Source of the DNA: Candidatus Heimdallarchaeota archaeon
GTDB taxonomy: Archaea; Asgardarchaeota; Heimdallarchaeia; JABLTI01
Direction: 5' to 3'
Assembly (NCBI GenBank): GCA_018238155.1
Contig: JABCTZ010000002.1
Location: forward strand, 1 to 16,928
Length of the DNA stretch: 16,928 bases
Shown here: one piece after another, positions 16,461-16,928 of the stretch
How positions within the stretch are numbered: position 1 is the stretch's first letter
Layout of the letters: every line of letters starts with the position of its first letter
Notes under the pieces: generated by a model
Told to the model about the DNA's origin: nothing
Seen by the model: the letters and a program-made list of their open reading frames with translations, nothing else
Database searches by the model: none
Position numbers and translations under genes: made by a program

Positions 16461-16482
16461 TTACCTTTGTAATCACCTTTTT
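16447..16482 (+). terminator. stem-loop plus U-tract
   Basis: ttacaa (16452-16457)/ttgtaa (16467-16472), extended by agg/cct, with the stop codon in the loop and a five-t run. Confidence 0.45.
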
Positions 16483-16618
16483 CTAAGAAACTTAATAATC
16501 TTTTAGAAGTGATAAACAATTGTTTCGTTAGATGCGTCAGAGTAAGAAGAAGAAAAGAGTCTAGGTTAAAAATATTATCGAAAACCAATAACCAATTTCT
16601 TTTGATGAGAGAATAAAA

Positions 16619-16928
16619 ATGAATACAAAAAAACTCACTACTCTGAGAGATTTACTAGTAGAACTTTCTAAATTCGATGAAAACAATATTGAAAAGAGAG
16701 CGCAAATAATTGAATCGTTTTCTTTTAAGGACAATCTAGAAACTCTCAATGAATCTGAGCTTTCCATAGAGGAAATCAGTGAATTACTAGGACTAATAAT
16801 AATTGCTGATAATGATATTGCGAATGACCTAGTGGATATTTTAGGAATTGAATACTTTGCTGAGAAAGTGAATTCATCTGATAGTGTTACACAAGTAGCT
16901 AAACTTATTGATCAAATTGAATTTATAT
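16619..16928 (+). CDS. 3'-truncated hypothetical alpha-helical (repeat-like) protein
   Basis: ATG 16619 opens 103 stop-free codons to the window end (MNTKKLTTLRDLLVELSKFDENNIEKRAQIIESF...VTQVAKLIDQIEFI); absent from the ORF track. Confidence 0.8.
   Translation, partial: MNTKKLTTLRDLLVELSKFDENNIEKRAQIIESFSFKDNLETLNESELSIEEISELLGLIIIADNDIANDLVDILGIEYFAEKVNSSDSVTQVAKLIDQIEFI

Noticed and set aside
16514-16525. Perfect palindrome aaacaattgttt
   Set aside because: Single AT-rich 12-mer with no other copy noticed.
14516-16767. Minus-strand ORFs 14516..14698, 14959..15162, 15461..15643, 16561..16767
   Set aside because: Shadows of + strand coding or decayed coding sequence.
16619-16928. Window as a circular element with the last ORF continuing into the first
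   Set aside because: Joining base 16928 to base 1 gives an in-frame TAG and a frame mismatch; no terminal overlap and no replication or integration genes.

Overview
AT-rich prokaryotic window, probably from an Asgard archaeon. This is inferred from gene content: an AOR-SCP2 fusion, Fe-ADH, sequon-rich LVIVD/TSP3-like surface proteins with a C-terminal TM plus basic tail, and GGTG-type RBSs. Gene order: partial helical-repeat protein; small acidic protein; Fe-dependent alcohol dehydrogenase, aldehyde:ferredoxin oxidoreductase fused to a C-terminal SCP2 lipid-binding domain, TetR regulator; an unannotated 38-codon hydrophobic ORF inside a long hairpin; a 14-repeat LVIVD surface protein; a HEAT-repeat + Schlafen/AlbA_2 protein; a block of three minus-strand genes (7-repeat LVIVD protein, DUF4234-like, cupin); a truncated copy of the HEAT-AlbA_2 5' end; a secreted anchored protein; a probable decayed gene; a tandem-domain protein with a long coiled-coil insertion; a partial helical-repeat protein. 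Main unannotated signals: (i) the minus-strand block is bounded by 12-bp TG...CA inverted repeats with a 3-bp AGT direct repeat and no transposase; (ii) removing it puts the HEAT-Schlafen gene next to its truncated paralogue, which diverged mainly at synonymous sites; (iii) a small ORF with type I toxin-like 5'-3' pairing; (iv) stem-loop plus U-tract signals after most genes. No rRNA, tRNA, CRISPR array, integrase or transposase was recognised.
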